Positions 22,502 to 35,375 of a stretch of DNA of 64,000 nt are shown here, piece after piece (the stretch's first letter is position 1; every line of letters starts with the position of its first letter). The translations under genes and the position numbers were made by a program. Source of the stretch: Hydrurus foetidus (Eukaryota); the NCBI GenBank assembly GCA_900617105.1, contig UYFQ01000104.1, positions 1 to 64,000 of the forward strand. The letters run 5' to 3'. Below the pieces are notes generated by a model. The model saw only the letters and a list, made by a program, of their open reading frames with translations. It did not search any database and was not told where the DNA came from.

Positions 22502-24039
22502 TTAAACCATCTTTGAAATTGTACTTCTTGTTACGCCTCTTGTCCTCACTTTTGAGATCGTGGAACTGGTAGTGCCGTAATGTTTCGCACATGCAATGTT
22601 GTGCGCCACGTCTCTCCTGATACGCTCTTGTGCCATGTATTCATCGTCTTCACAATCCCGTTGCTCTCTCTCACTTATGGTCAAGGAATCTCTTGGTGGG
22701 TATGGATTCACGGTTTTGATAGTATTGAGATATGTCTCTATGAACTCTGGTTCCCCCTCTGTGTCTTCTTCTTTGTCTTTATTTCGTCTGTCTTCTTTCT
22801 CTCTCTGTTCCTTCTCTCTAATCTCTTTTACTATTCTCTCCCTACTCACAGTTATCGGAATCCTTTTCTCTCTTTCTGGTTCCTCTACGATAAAGTCATT
22901 GGGATCATAGTACTCAGAGTCCTGGGTTAGAACCACAATATTGGCAGGTATGGTTTTCAATTCCTTTCAGAGTTCATATTCTTGTATCGTTTCGCTTGCT
23001 CATCTATTCCCTTTGAGTCGATAGAAAGGCATGGAGTGATATCGAAATTGTCTGCCATAACTCCATAAGGGCCGTAGAGGATGAAGAATAAGGTACACGC
23101 TGGATAGAAGTTGTTTAAAGATTGTGGAATCTCTTTTTTAACTACTTTTTTTTCCTTCACATATTCCTCTTCGTCATCAAACTCATTGTCGTTCACGTCG
23201 TCATCTATAAAAGTAAGGTATAGCATGAATTAAATTTTGCCAGCGTTTTCCCTGTAAATTGACTTGATTTAAAAATATAATAACATCAACGGACTTTGCG
23301 AAAATATCCATATGTCAAATAAAATGTTGAAATGCATACAAAAGTCACTAATGAAGAAGTTTTTACCTGACGCCCCTTGATCGCCTTGATCGTCTATGTC
23401 CTCATCATTGACCTCGTCTTCCACCACCTCATTGGAGGTCAGAGCACGCGCTCTCTTCAAGACATGCTGTAAAGCATTATTTTCATTCATTCCACTCGGC
23501 ATTTGACCATCGATTAGAAACTCAACCCACAATGCCAACATTTTCTTCGCTTCCATTAAACACGCTCTGCCTTTCTCAAGAATTTGTCGGCCCGTTATCA
23601 AATTTTTGCCTTTGAGCGTTGGACGAAGGATGTAATAGCTCAGTTGTGCATGGGACAATCCAGACAAATGACCAAAGCCTTGAGCAATAACGTTGTCATC
23701 CCATAAGACGCCGAATCGTCCGTCGCCCTGGAGAAAACTAGCAGCTATGCCAATGTTATCTTCATCGAATCCATGATAATATCTGGCACATAATTCTCGA
23801 AGTCCGTCAGTGCTGTCCGTGTTTCCTTCCAGTACAGAGTTGTAAGCTGCTGCTGACAACAGATGGTGGAAAGCTTTCTGCTGTTTTGCGTTGATCGGAG
23901 GTGGCGGACCAGATTTAGCAACGACCTTCAGAGGCATTATTTCCTTGTTGACAATGGAAGACTCGACGACTTTCGTCGGCTTCATTTTCTTGGACGCTCC
24001 CGAAGGATGCGTATTACTAGGAGCGGCGGAACGCTTCAT
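22502..24039 (-). pseudogene. Harbinger 2 accessory gene (ORF2), intron 23205-23366
   Basis: Starts MKRSAAPS. The intron joins the 23269-24186 frame to the 22957-23226 frame. Motifs TGRQILEK, GQMPSG, FILYG. Frameshift near 22960. Confidence 0.7.
23230..23319 (-). other. Conserved intronic non-coding element, copy 2 (function unknown)
   Basis: Ungapped 90-nt match to 14758-14847, in the same orientation relative to its host gene. Confidence 0.8.
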
Positions 24040-24116
24040 CGTTTGAATAATATAATAATGACTACGAGTATTGTCGACAGCTGACTCAGATTGGTGTTTA
24101 GTATTTCGAAATGGTG

Positions 24117-26107
24117 TCACGTTCCCTATGCGCTCACCAAGATTGTATGACGCAGGCAGGACTGGCAAGACGTTGGTTGGCGCCATGATCCGAACGCAAT
24201 TAGAGTCTGCTTATTCATACAGTAATGTCACATTGTGAGTTCTCTGTTGTGCAACATGTTATTCGGAAAAAGCATAGGCTTCTTCGAAATTATTAGGCAT
24301 TTATGGTGACCACTACTTCCAAAACAGCCGACTCGCAAATTCTTGATCAAAGATCACGACTCACCAAATTCGTTATCAGGATCTCTTTCTACCATGCAGA
24401 TAGAGTTTATCAGCACTTTTAAAGTCTTCCTCAACGCGAACAAGCCTTTCACACGAGATTGAAACTTCAAAACAGCCCTCATTGTGGAACTGAGATTTGA
24501 AAGTAGAGTTTAGCTGCCCATCGCGACGTTATTTCAAAAACAGGTATTTCAGAGGTCTTGCTGGACTGTTGCAAGTCTGAAGGCTCCATCAGTTGACGCC
24601 TTTATTTGACTTTCAAGACAATTGCAAAAAAGAAGGCAAAATTTTACCAGGAGTTGTCTACTTGACGTTTGCAAGAGGAGATTTCGCTGCGACCCTGTAA
24701 GTGCTCTTAAATCTGATTTAGCCTCTGGACGAAGCGAGGAATGACACTTCGACGTACTTCAATTGTTGTGTTGTTTTGATTGATGTGCTCGTCGATAGAG
24801 AGTCATCAGTCATGAGCAATCTCTACTTCCACTTTTTGGCCGGACACCGCTCAAAACAAAAACAAATAATTAAGCACTCGACGGTATTCGTGAGATGAAA
24901 CCCAACTAGACCAGGCTACGATCAATATTTCTAGTTGCATCCATCTACAGTTGACCTTCCGGAAAGTCACTCCTTAATTCCTAGTCTCCATCGCTACACA
25001 ATGATGATCGTTCGGTTGAGAGCAGTATCGGGACTACTTCCTCTTAAGAGTCCTATTGGTGCACGTCCTATTCGGAGATGCATCCCATCCAGATTATGCA
25101 GCAGCATCGTAGTTCATGATGACGAAGAATTGTCACAGGAAGTGAATGTCTTACAGATGAATGTGCCCACTATTTATACCTCAACGCCATTAGAACCGTA
25201 CGTTGAGTTGACGCAATGGGTTGGAAAATCGAGAGCTTTGTTTGGCCTACCAAAAAAGTTCTGCACTCCTGCCGACTTCAATTACAAATTCCCGGCTCAA
25301 CATGTTCCCGAATTTGCTTTCGTTGGACGCAGTAATGTCGGAAAATCTTCTCTTATAAGTAAACTCCTTGGTGACGAGAAGCTTGTCAGAACATCAAAGT
25401 TGCCCGGATGTACTCGAAGCGTCAACTTTTTCGCATTTGTGAAAGGAGGTAAAAGTCATGTCGTCTATATGGTTGATCTCCCTGGCTACGGATTCGCAAA
25501 AGCGGCGAAGACGGAGAAGGCGAAATGGAAGGATTTTATGGAGGGATATTTAAGAGACAGAAATCAAACAGTACTGAGGTAATCTAATCTAATCTAATCT
25601 AATCTAGCCCGTGATATTCTTGGTATTCCTAATTTTGAGTATGATTGTAGCCACCATCACCAGTGCAGTATCGAGCCGCATTCAACGTAAATCTCATTGT
25701 TTATGGTGTGTAAATATATAACAGTTTTATTTGATATTATCTTATTTCATCAATTAAACGATCAACATAATTCTGCATGCCTTCACAAGATAAGTCACTC
25801 ACTATTAAATAAAATGAAACTAGGCGTGTTTATTTATTAGTTGATTCTCGTCACGGCATGAAGATGTCTGACATGGAGATGATGAAGTTGTTAGACCAAT
25901 GCGGACTGCCTTATCAGGTACGACGACAGCTAATTTGAATTTTAAATTACCTATCAAATGTTGCCTTTCGTGCTGTATATTGGTGCCTAATTTATTCTTT
26001 CAAGCCTCCAAGCCGTCATTCTAGCTGTGTATCCCGTTTTGCAATACTAATATGAAAGACCGGAGATTAAGGGTTCTGTTTTATTTATTTATTTTTTTGT
26101 CTGGTCG
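24117..26107. repeat. 1991-bp direct duplication of 29386-31376 (pogo 2 right end plus EngB 5' part)
   Basis: Constant offset of 5269 bp; about 5 substitutions seen by eye. Confidence 0.97.
25001..25917 (+). pseudogene. Truncated duplicate of the EngB/YihA GTPase (exons 1-2 only)
   Basis: Same protein sequence as the 30270 copy, but exon 3 (TKSD G4 motif) is replaced by the pogo 2 left end. Confidence 0.88.
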
Positions 26108-29100
26108 AGTGCTTAATTATTTGTGTATACTTTTGGAATTACGATGAGTATCGGATCACAACGTCATCACAGAGTATAAATGAATGTCGACCTTCTTGCA
26201 CTCATAGCTAAATCAATAATGCAGATTTCCAAGCTTCGAAAATTGATTACTTGAGACGCTGAAAGCAGCAACTTGGTCATCTAGATTTTTCTTAAAGGAA
26301 AGGGCAGCTTTTTTCGAGTCGTGGCGACAAAAATTTGACTATTTTCTGGAAGACATCAAATCCATCGCGAATTCTCGTCTCAGAAGGATCTAGAAGTCAA
26401 TTGGACAGACAAATCTGGAGCGTGAAGCTATTATCTTTGAGAAAATCGGGTGGCGTCGAGAAGGGTACCAAAGGTTGTCTTAAAACTTAGCAGCTCCAAA
26501 ATCGGTGTAAAATGAAGTCGACCATCAAAGAATACAGTCTAACCATTGATTACTGTGCATTTATGGTTGCTATTGTCCTTATTCGACATGAAGTGAATGC
26601 CGCGAATAATAATTTACAATGGAGTGGCGAAGAACTTGCAGAAATTCTCAATGACCTGCCTCTTGCGCAGCAAGCCAACTTTCACGTCAACTCACTTGCC
26701 CTGAAGCAAGGTTTCTTGATTTTCAAAAGATACTTTGTCAAGTGGGGGATAACGACCATTGACATGTATCAGGATGAGAAGAAAACGCTACCATTTTTCG
26801 ACTTAGTGGAATCAAGAAGGAGCATAGAGTTAAAATTTGGGACATATCACAGTATGAGTGAAGATTCGGTTGAGAGTGATGTATCGAGCGAAATTTTGAA
26901 CATTCGGGACAAATTGCTGTCACTTGGAGGGTATGAAAAATCAATTCATAATTCACCTTGTTCAGTTTTTGGAAGCTTATACCTTCCAATAGTAACGATT
27001 TCGTCACCCTTAAAAATCACACCAAAGTCTTCTGCAGAAATTAAGACTGAATTCATTACAAATCAATACAAAGTTAGAAAATCACCGCCTAGACTTGGAA
27101 AAAGAGCAATTTATAATAGTACTAAGAAAATTCTTTCTTCGGCATTAAAATCTTTTGGAGACCAACATGCCCTATTTTACATGGAGTCTGCGGTAGAAAA
27201 ATTAAAAAAAAGAAAATTAAGTGAGTTAGATGACTCAGAAAATATCGATGACGTACAAGATTCTGAGGAAGAGAGTGATGAAGATGATAATGTAATCTTG
27301 TTGGAAGATGACGATCGTGTCGTGGATGCTGCCTCTAACTTTAAAATCAAATATGTAAAATATACGGAGGATGATAAAACGGATATATTATCTTTATTTG
27401 GAGTTATAACTGAAGTTGCTAAAGAAAAAAACATTAAGAATTATCGATTAATTGCAGCTAGAACAACAGCTCTCTTATTAAAAGAAAACAAGTATTATTC
27501 AAAACTGAGTGCAAGAACAATTTCTAGATGGAATGACCTTACTAACATAAACAAAATGACAAGGGGACGTAAAATAAATGAAGATTTTGAAGGAGAGGTA
27601 TGGGGGAAGTTAATGTTCAGTGTTTTTGAAAAGGTAATAACTTGAATAGGAATATTCATTTATTATCATATTTCATTTTCTACTTCATTTTTAAAAAGTA
27701 CTTACCTATTCACAGGACAATTCCATTAGAGTGCTAGTAAATGTTACTTACTCGTACGCGATTGTGGTAAGCGCAGCGACTAGTGTACAAGAAACGGAAA
27801 AATGGGCAAATGAAGAGAAAATTAAAAACTTGATTTTTTCAAATAAGTGGGTGAAGGGTTTTTTAAATCGAGGGGGTGTATCAAGAAGGAAAATTACACG
27901 GGATGATAAGGACGTTCCTTCAGACACAGATATAAGGAGGGTTTTAAAAATTGGTCAAGATCTATACATCAACAAAGGACACACACCAAATACATGTTAT
28001 AATTTTGACGAGACAGCTTTCACGTACTCAATCGGTCCGTCACACATATTCTGTCCTAGTGATCAACAGAGAGCTACCAATATTGGTATATTTAATACCA
28101 AATTACGAATAACTGCTGTTATAGCCGTCAATGCTATGGGACACTTTGCACCTTTAATGCTTATCATTAAGCACTCTGTAAGTTCGGAAATTAGGCCTGA
28201 CCAGACGGGTATGAAGGTGATACCGGAACTTCATAAAAAGGATGGCTTCACAGCAAACGATGGTTGGGAAAAGGGTATCTGGGAGAAAAGTTTAACAATC
28301 AAAGGAGTTACAGCGTTGCATAAGTGTACGTACCTAAGACACATTACAACTGGCCATATTTTGACTAGTCAAGTTAAAGCTTGGAATGACACAACTCGGA
28401 TGGTGATGTGGTTCGAGCTGATTATGAAGCCGATAAAGGAGAGTTTGGGAAAATTGTTAATTTGGTGCGACAATTGTGGAAGCCACAAGACGAGCAGTGT
28501 TAACGATGTTATCACCGAAATAGGAATCGATGTATCATTCTTACCCCCAAATATGACTGCGGAACTACAGGTCCTAGATCTTGTAGTTAATGGGCCCATA
28601 AAGGCTCATATCAAGAATATCAGAGCAAGGAGATTGTACGATTGCTTCCAAGAATACAAAATTGAAAGATTCGCTGATATGCAGCTCCCCTGCGATCAGC
28701 GAAAAAATCCGGATTTCTCCCCTCCTAAACCTATTATGATTGAGGGAATAAAAGATCTTATCTTATTATTCGAGAGGCAATTTACCGAGGAAAAGTTCAA
28801 GAAATGCATTAACACTACCTTTATTAAGACGTGCACTTTGCCATTTTTGTCGGAAGATGCTGCAATCGGCCCAAAATTTGTCGAATATACGAAAGCTTCG
28901 TCATGTGGGACAATGTCGGTAATACCACAAGGCACATTGGATTACGAAAGTGAGATTGAGTTTGTTGATGATACTGATGAAGATCAAGAGGAAGAGATTG
29001 AAAGGGCTCTATTCTTGCATTTCATCGAAAGTGTTGATAGAAATGAAGAAAATGAAGAACTTGATGACATTGATGACAATGGGGAAGAAGATTCGAATTA

Positions 29101-30153
29101 ATTACCAATGTGAAATTTATATCATTTACGGTTTCTTTTTTTTTAGTTGATTCATTTTTTTGCAAACTACGTTTTTTTCTGTTAGAATTTCAATAAATAA
29201 ATCGGTCCAGGAATCAGAATTTTTAGATAATACAACAACTTCAATGGCGAAGCCTGCGCACGTATGATTTGAATCTTCTATTAATCGACAGACAAACATG
29301 AATCCATCTCCGTATTTGTTACGCTCGTTTAGCCTGATACAATCGAAATCCATGAATTCGCTCATAATTTGGGCTGAATCGCGACTCACGTTCCCTATGC
29401 GCTCACCAAGATTGTATGACGCAGGCAGGACTGGCAAGACGTTGGTTGGCGCCATGATCCGAACGCAATTAGAGTCTGCTTATTCATACAGTAATGTCAC
29501 ATTGTGAGTTCTCTGTTGTGCAACATGTTATTCGGAAAAAGCATAGGCTTCTTCGAAATTATTAGGCATTTATGGTGACCACTACTTCCAAAACAGCCGA
29601 CTCGCAAATTCTTGATCAAAGATCACGACTCACCAAATTCGTTATCAGGATCTCTTTCTACCATGCAGATAGAGTTTATCAGCACTTTTAAAGTCTTCCT
29701 CAACGCGAACAAGCCTTTCACACGAGATTGAAACTTCAAAACAGCCCTCATTGTGGAACTGAGATTTGAAAGTAGAGTTTAGCTGCCCATCGCGACGTTA
29801 TTTCAAAAACAGGTATTTCAGAGGTCTTGCTGGACTGTTGCAAGTCTGAAGGCTCCATCAGTTGACGCCTTTATTTGATTTTCAAGACAATTGCAAAAAA
29901 GAAGGCAAAATTTTACCAGGAGTTGTCTACTTGACGTTTGCAAGAGGAGATTTCGCTGCGACCCTGTAAGTGCTCTTAAATCTGATTTAGCCTCTGGACG
30001 AAGCGAGGAATGACACTTCGACGTACTTCAATTGTTGTGTTGTTTTGATTGATGTGCTCGTCGATAGAGAGTCATCAGTCATGAGCAATCTCTACTTCCA
30101 CTTTTTGGCCGGACACCGCTCAAAACAAAAACAAATAATTAAGCACTCGACGG
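26104..30153 (+). mobile_element. pogo-type DNA transposon 2
   Basis: Left TIR GTCGAGTGCTTAATTATTTGT (terminal CC lost); right TIR ACAAATAATTAAGCACTCGACGG followed by TA. Confidence 0.9.
26512..29101 (+). CDS. DDE_1 (DD35D) transposase, exons 26512-27633 and 27716-29101
   Basis: A phase-0 intron joins the two ORFs. Motifs FSNKWVKGFL, YNFDET, WCDNCGSH...QVLDLVVNGPIK. Long N-terminal extension; no stops. Confidence 0.9.
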
Positions 30154-30269
30154 TATTCGTGAGATGAAACCCAACTAGACCAGGCTACGATCAATATTTC
30201 TAGTTGCATCCATCTACAGTTGACCTTCCGGAAAGTCACTCCTTAATTCCTAGTCTCCATCGCTACACA

Positions 30270-31876
30270 ATGATGATCGTTCGGTTGAGAGCAGTATCGG
30301 GACTACTTCCTCTCAAGAGTCCTATTGGTGCACGTCCTATTCGGAGATGCATCCCATCCAGATTATGCAGCAGCATCGTAGTTCATGATGACGAAGAATT
30401 GTCACAGGAAGTAAATGTCTTACAGATGAATGTGCCCACTATTTATACCTCAACGCCATTAGAACCGTACGTTGAGTTGACGCAATGGGTTGGAAAATCG
30501 AGAGCTTTGTTTGGCCTACCAAAAAAGTTCTGCACTCCTGCCGACTTCAATTACAAATTCCCGGCTCAACATGTTCCCGAATTTGCTTTCGTTGGACGCA
30601 GTAATGTCGGAAAATCTTCTCTTATAAGTAAACTCCTTGGTGACGAGAAGCTTGTCAGAACATCAAAGTTGCCCGGATGTACTCGAAGCGTCAACTTTTT
30701 CGCATTTGTGAAAGGAGGTAAAAGTCATGTCGTCTATATGGTTGATCTCCCTGGCTACGGATTCGCAAAAGCGGCGAAGACGGAGAAGGCGAAATGGAAG
30801 GATTTTATGGAGGGATATTTAAGAGACAGAAATCAAACAGTACTGAGGTAATCTAATCTAATCTAATCTAATCTAGCCCGTGATATTCTTGGTATTCCTA
30901 ATTTTGAGTATGATTGTAGCCACCATCACCAGTGCAGTATCGAGCCGCATTCAACGTAAATCTCATTGTTTATGGTGTGTAAATATATAACAGTTTTATT
31001 TGATATTATCTTATTTCATCAATTAAACGATCAACATAATTCTGCATGCCTTCACAAGATAAGTCACTCACTATTAAATAAAATGAAACTAGGCGTGTTT
31101 ATTTATTAGTTGATTCTCGTCACGGCATGAAGATGTCTGACATGGAGATGATGAAGTTGTTAGACCAATGCGGACTGCCTTATCAGGTACGACGACAGCT
31201 AATTTGAATTTTAAATTACCTATCAAATGTTGCCTTTCGTGCTGTATATTGGTGCCTAATTTATTCTTTCAAGCCTCCAAGCCGTCATTCTAGCTGTGTA
31301 TCCCGTTTCGCAATATTAATATGAAAGACCGGAGATTAAGGGTTCTGTTTTATTTATTTATTTTTTTGTCTGGTCGTTTGAGTCGGGCATCTCCACAACA
31401 AAGTTCACAGCATTTTTTATACCGAAAATAGAGAAATCTCTCCCCAGCGGAACATCTAACATATGATATGTTATGTAATGTGTAATATTGCTCTATATTG
31501 TGTTGCGCTGTTGTGTCGATACCCATTGAACCGACAACACAAACACATGATCGCATGAACTCGATACGACCCTTGAGATTATATTCTCTGCATCGAATCG
31601 TCTAACATCAATTAATCATCACCGTATTACGAATTACCATATTTACGTTCACAGATCGTATTAACGAAATCAGACTCGTCCTCTGCGAAAGAGAAAACTG
31701 CCGCGCTGGAAAGTTGTTTCAAGGAGTTGATGGGCAGGAAAACATCGTCGTCCATGCCCTTCGTGCATTTAATCAGTTCGAGGACGGGAGAGGGCATCGA
31801 TCATCTCCAGTACTCGATGACGGAGGTGTTCAGCCATCCATGGCAACAGTCGGAATCGAACTCTCCCAACTTTTGA
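30270..31876 (+). CDS. engB: EngB/YihA/YsxC-family ribosome-biogenesis GTPase, probably organelle-targeted (exons 30270-30847, 31093-31186, 31655-31876)
   Basis: PEFAFVGRSNVGKSSLI (G1), PGCT (G2), DLPGYG (G3), LLVDSRHG, LTKSD (G4), ISSRTG (G5). Arg/Ser-rich N-terminus; splice phases are consistent. Confidence 0.93.
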
Positions 31877-32672
31877 TGAAAATCAGTCACCCCGCCCTGC
31901 TGTTTGCAGAATACGGAAGGGGAAACAGAAGATGCCATGTCAGATTTGAGCCACCACTATTTGAAACGCAACACTTTCAGGAAAAGATCATGGATGCATA
32001 CCGGTCACCTTTTTATTTCGTGTCTCTATTGCGAGATGTCGACAGGATTTGTAAATAGCTACCACTCTGTGCGGCATAATTTACATTCTGTCAGCAGCGT
32101 TATGTTCTGTATTTGTGCTGTACTCTTAAATGTACGAATTGTGATTATTCCAACATTCGTAGCCATTTTTATTAGAAGTAGGACTTCGTGAGGGCAAAGT
32201 GTACTCTTCCTATTTATGGAGGTGGTCAGCTCGAAAGTTAAAATGCAAGTATTGGCAGCATTGTGGTATTGCAGGCTCTTAATTCAATTGAACAGATTGC
32301 AGTGTGGAATCACATTCATCAATCAAATACAGCTACTCGACTCGGGGACATGGAATAAAGGTGAACATTGCCGAAAGAGGTTGAATGGAGCGAATCAAGT
32401 GTACGTGTTGGATTTTGATTTTTACAGACATCGCACCTGATCAGCTCTACTTTGCTCTGCTTCTGTGTGTAGTGCGCAAGTCATATCATACCGTACGGCA
32501 CAGAGTCAGGTGTGGTAATCAATGAAGTGAAACGTACATATGTACGTCCGTGCCGTGCAGTACGTTACTGTGCAGTACGTATGCACATACGTGTGTCAGA
32601 ACTGATGGAATGCCTCACGTTGTATTGATGATTTTTTTTAATTAGATCGGGTGGAAGAAAGTGGAACACCTT

Positions 32673-32741
32673 TCATTTCATTTGAGTTTATTTCATTTAA
32701 GTTTATTTCATTTAAGTTTATTTCATTTGAGTTTATTTCAT
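32673..32741. repeat. 15-bp minisatellite (TTTCATTTRAGTTTA), about 4.5 copies
   Basis: Direct reading. Confidence 0.85.
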
Positions 32742-33030
32742 TACACTTGTCACAGAAATGGTTTGGAAGATAAAAAAGAAAATGAAAACACGAAAGCTTG
32801 TCCGAATGCGGATAAAGATCTCTTATCAGCAATCTTTGAAAGCCACAACTTCAACTTCAACATCAATTTGAATCTGAAGTTAGTGTTGCATGTGATGCGC
32901 AACGATCTTCTGGAAAAGTCAAAGACGAATCCCGAGTTCATAATCTTGTCAAATTGAAGCTACAAATATCCCACTCCTCTTCTCATCTCTGCACAACTAT
33001 TTTCTTCACTCCACTCCTCTTCTCCTCACT

Positions 33031-35375
33031 TCACAGCATGAACGCAATATCATAATTTGGTATTCCAGTACCAAAATAAACATTTCCGTGTTCTGAAGTG
33101 CCCAAAACCGTATAAAATGTAAAGCCTTCCCAATACAGATTTTTTACTACGGAAATCGTTCCTGCCGCATTGTTGGATATAGTCCACATACCTGAAAAGT
33201 GTTTAGATTGAATTGAGTTAAACGGATAATTCAATTTGGATGAGTAATCGTAAAGGAGGGATAATGTAATGATTAAATGAAGATAAAATGATAGTTAAAT
33301 TGAGATATAATATTGGTTGAGTGGAGATAGAATGATAAATAAATAAATAAAATTTCATACTGTAATTTCGAGATCAAATATTTTTCTCCATGAATGCGTA
33401 TGTGATACTGCACGTGAACAAATGTGTAACAGATTTGCAACAGATTGGTAACATGGGGTAGAAACCCTAAGATATCGACCGCCAAAAATCGAATCCCCCA
33501 TTTTCCGCATACAAAAACTTGTTGAAATCGTCCACCTTTATGACTGGTTTATTTGAGTACCACAGGACTCACTCGCTATTTTAGGATAGATAAAGGAGCG
33601 ATATTAGTGTTTTTCTTACCAGCGGGGGCATCTTTGTCGATACCGTCTAGATAGTCTCCAGACATCACGATACCGGGCTTTCTCATCAATGCAATACCTA
33701 ACTCAAAACAAAACATAACGGAAGGAATAGGAATATAAATGTATGTGGGGTAAAAGAAAGATGTGGTTAGAAAGCGTGATACAGAGAGAAATAAATAAAG
33801 AGAGATTGTATAGAAGAATGTGAGTAGTGGTGATAGATGTGTAGGCAATTGTGATTGCACACATGTCATGATGTACAGTGTGTGCATGGCTTTCAGGCTG
33901 CAATTCATATTTACTCAAATATCTCACAAGATAATCGTCAAAGCATGAAACAAGAGGAAAATGAAAATTGATCGCGAAAAAGGAGATGGTACAGGAGAAT
34001 TTTGAAACTCCACTCCAAAATAATTAGATGGCAAAACAATTTAGTGTAACTTTGAAGAGCAGTGTAAATACGACGTATCTAAATGTTCTCCAGAACTGCC
34101 CGGTTAATAAAATTCAGACAACAGATATCACACGCAGCAAACGAAATACAATTAAATTAAAATACAAAATACGAACATTGAAAATAAAATATCAAATGTA
34201 ATTGAAAAAAAATGTGAAATATGCATGGAATATAAAATATGAGGCATAAAATATGAGACATGAAATATGTCATATATCTCTGCATGTTGAAACAGATAAG
34301 ATATGGCATGGACTGCGAGCTCTTCAGCACAGATTGAGATTGAGATTGAGATTGAGATTGAGATTGAGATTGAGATTGAGAAGAGAGTACCTTGTAAACT
34401 CTCGGGTTTGCGATAGTGCATGTACGCTCTTTTCTCTGTGGCCGTTTGATAGCTCAGTCCCTGGTAGTGAGCACTTGGGATAACCCTCTTAGCAGCGTCA
34501 ACCACGAGAGCGCCTCTCGGCACGAGAGAGCAGTCGTGATCGATTTTCTGTATACAGCGATAAACAGGCATCACAGGTATTGCATGATGAAATCAATGCA
34601 GCAATCAATATGTGTTGAAGAGATGCGATATTCAATTAATTGCTAAAGTGTTCAAACTCAAAAAGCAGTCGATAGAGAAATTTTATTTGAAGGAAGGAAC
34701 TAATCAAAAGTGCGAATCATAAATCTAAGATTGGAAGTGAGTGAATGGTCACCTGGACGTTATTCGACAGCCGATGAATCTCCCTGAACCTCTCTACTGG
34801 CGCTGCATCAGGATCCTAAGAATCAGGAGGAGGTCATTGTTAGGAATAAGAATGATATTCGATCATAGGAAAAAGAATAAGAATAAGAATAAGAATGATG
34901 AAGACATTCAGTCAGTGAGACTTACCTCCTCTTCAGCTGGCGATTCCTCTTCATCGCCATTAAACGCGAAGAAAGAGGGATCACCAGTAAATGTAGATGT
35001 CAACTTCTCTGCTCTTTCACCATATTCTGAGCTTATTGTTGGTAATGCCTTAAGGACGTAGTCAGATGTGGTGCTGGTAATAGATGCACGACAAAGACAA
35101 ATTATCATTAAAAGAAGTTGTCTCCTGATTGGTTGCAATCTTCGGGCTCACCAAAAGTAATATTTCTTCTCCGGGAATACAGCGTAAGGATCAATCGTAT
35201 GAACGATCAGGTAATCCTGAGTTGTACCAAATATCTTCCCCCAAAAATACATTTTACCAGGCAAATTTTCTTCAAGCTTTCGTTGCAGCATCACAACCTC
35301 TAGTCCAGATAATTCTTCTATGTTGAGCCCCATGCCGCTCATTCCTGCTGTTCGATGTGTATGTTGTAGCTCCAT
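33031..35375 (-). CDS. RSPH9: Radial spoke head protein 9 (about 6 exons)
   Basis: MYFWGKIFGTTQDYLI...KKYYF, FTGDP, IDHDCSLVPRGA, KNLYWEGFTFY, GNVYFGTGIPNYDIAFML. Confidence 0.92.

Larger units (their letters stand above)
17744..24116. mobile_element. PIF/Harbinger element 2: left TIR split by the hAT, right end missing
   Basis: Removing the hAT restores TAA-GGTCAATCCATACG, which matches the Harbinger 1 TIR start at 10/14. Carries a convergent transposase (+) and accessory gene (-). Cut off at 24116 by the duplicated segment. Confidence 0.8.

Noticed and set aside
24040..24186. N-terminus MAPTNVLPV... of ORF 23269-24186
   Set aside because: Chance fusion across the 24116/24117 junction; the accessory gene likely starts at MKRSAAPS.
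11802..30153. Fanzor/TnpB-like RNA-guided nuclease cargo in the DNA transposons
   Set aside because: No RuvC-like motifs with a zinc ribbon seen in any ORF; a profile search would be needed to exclude this fully.
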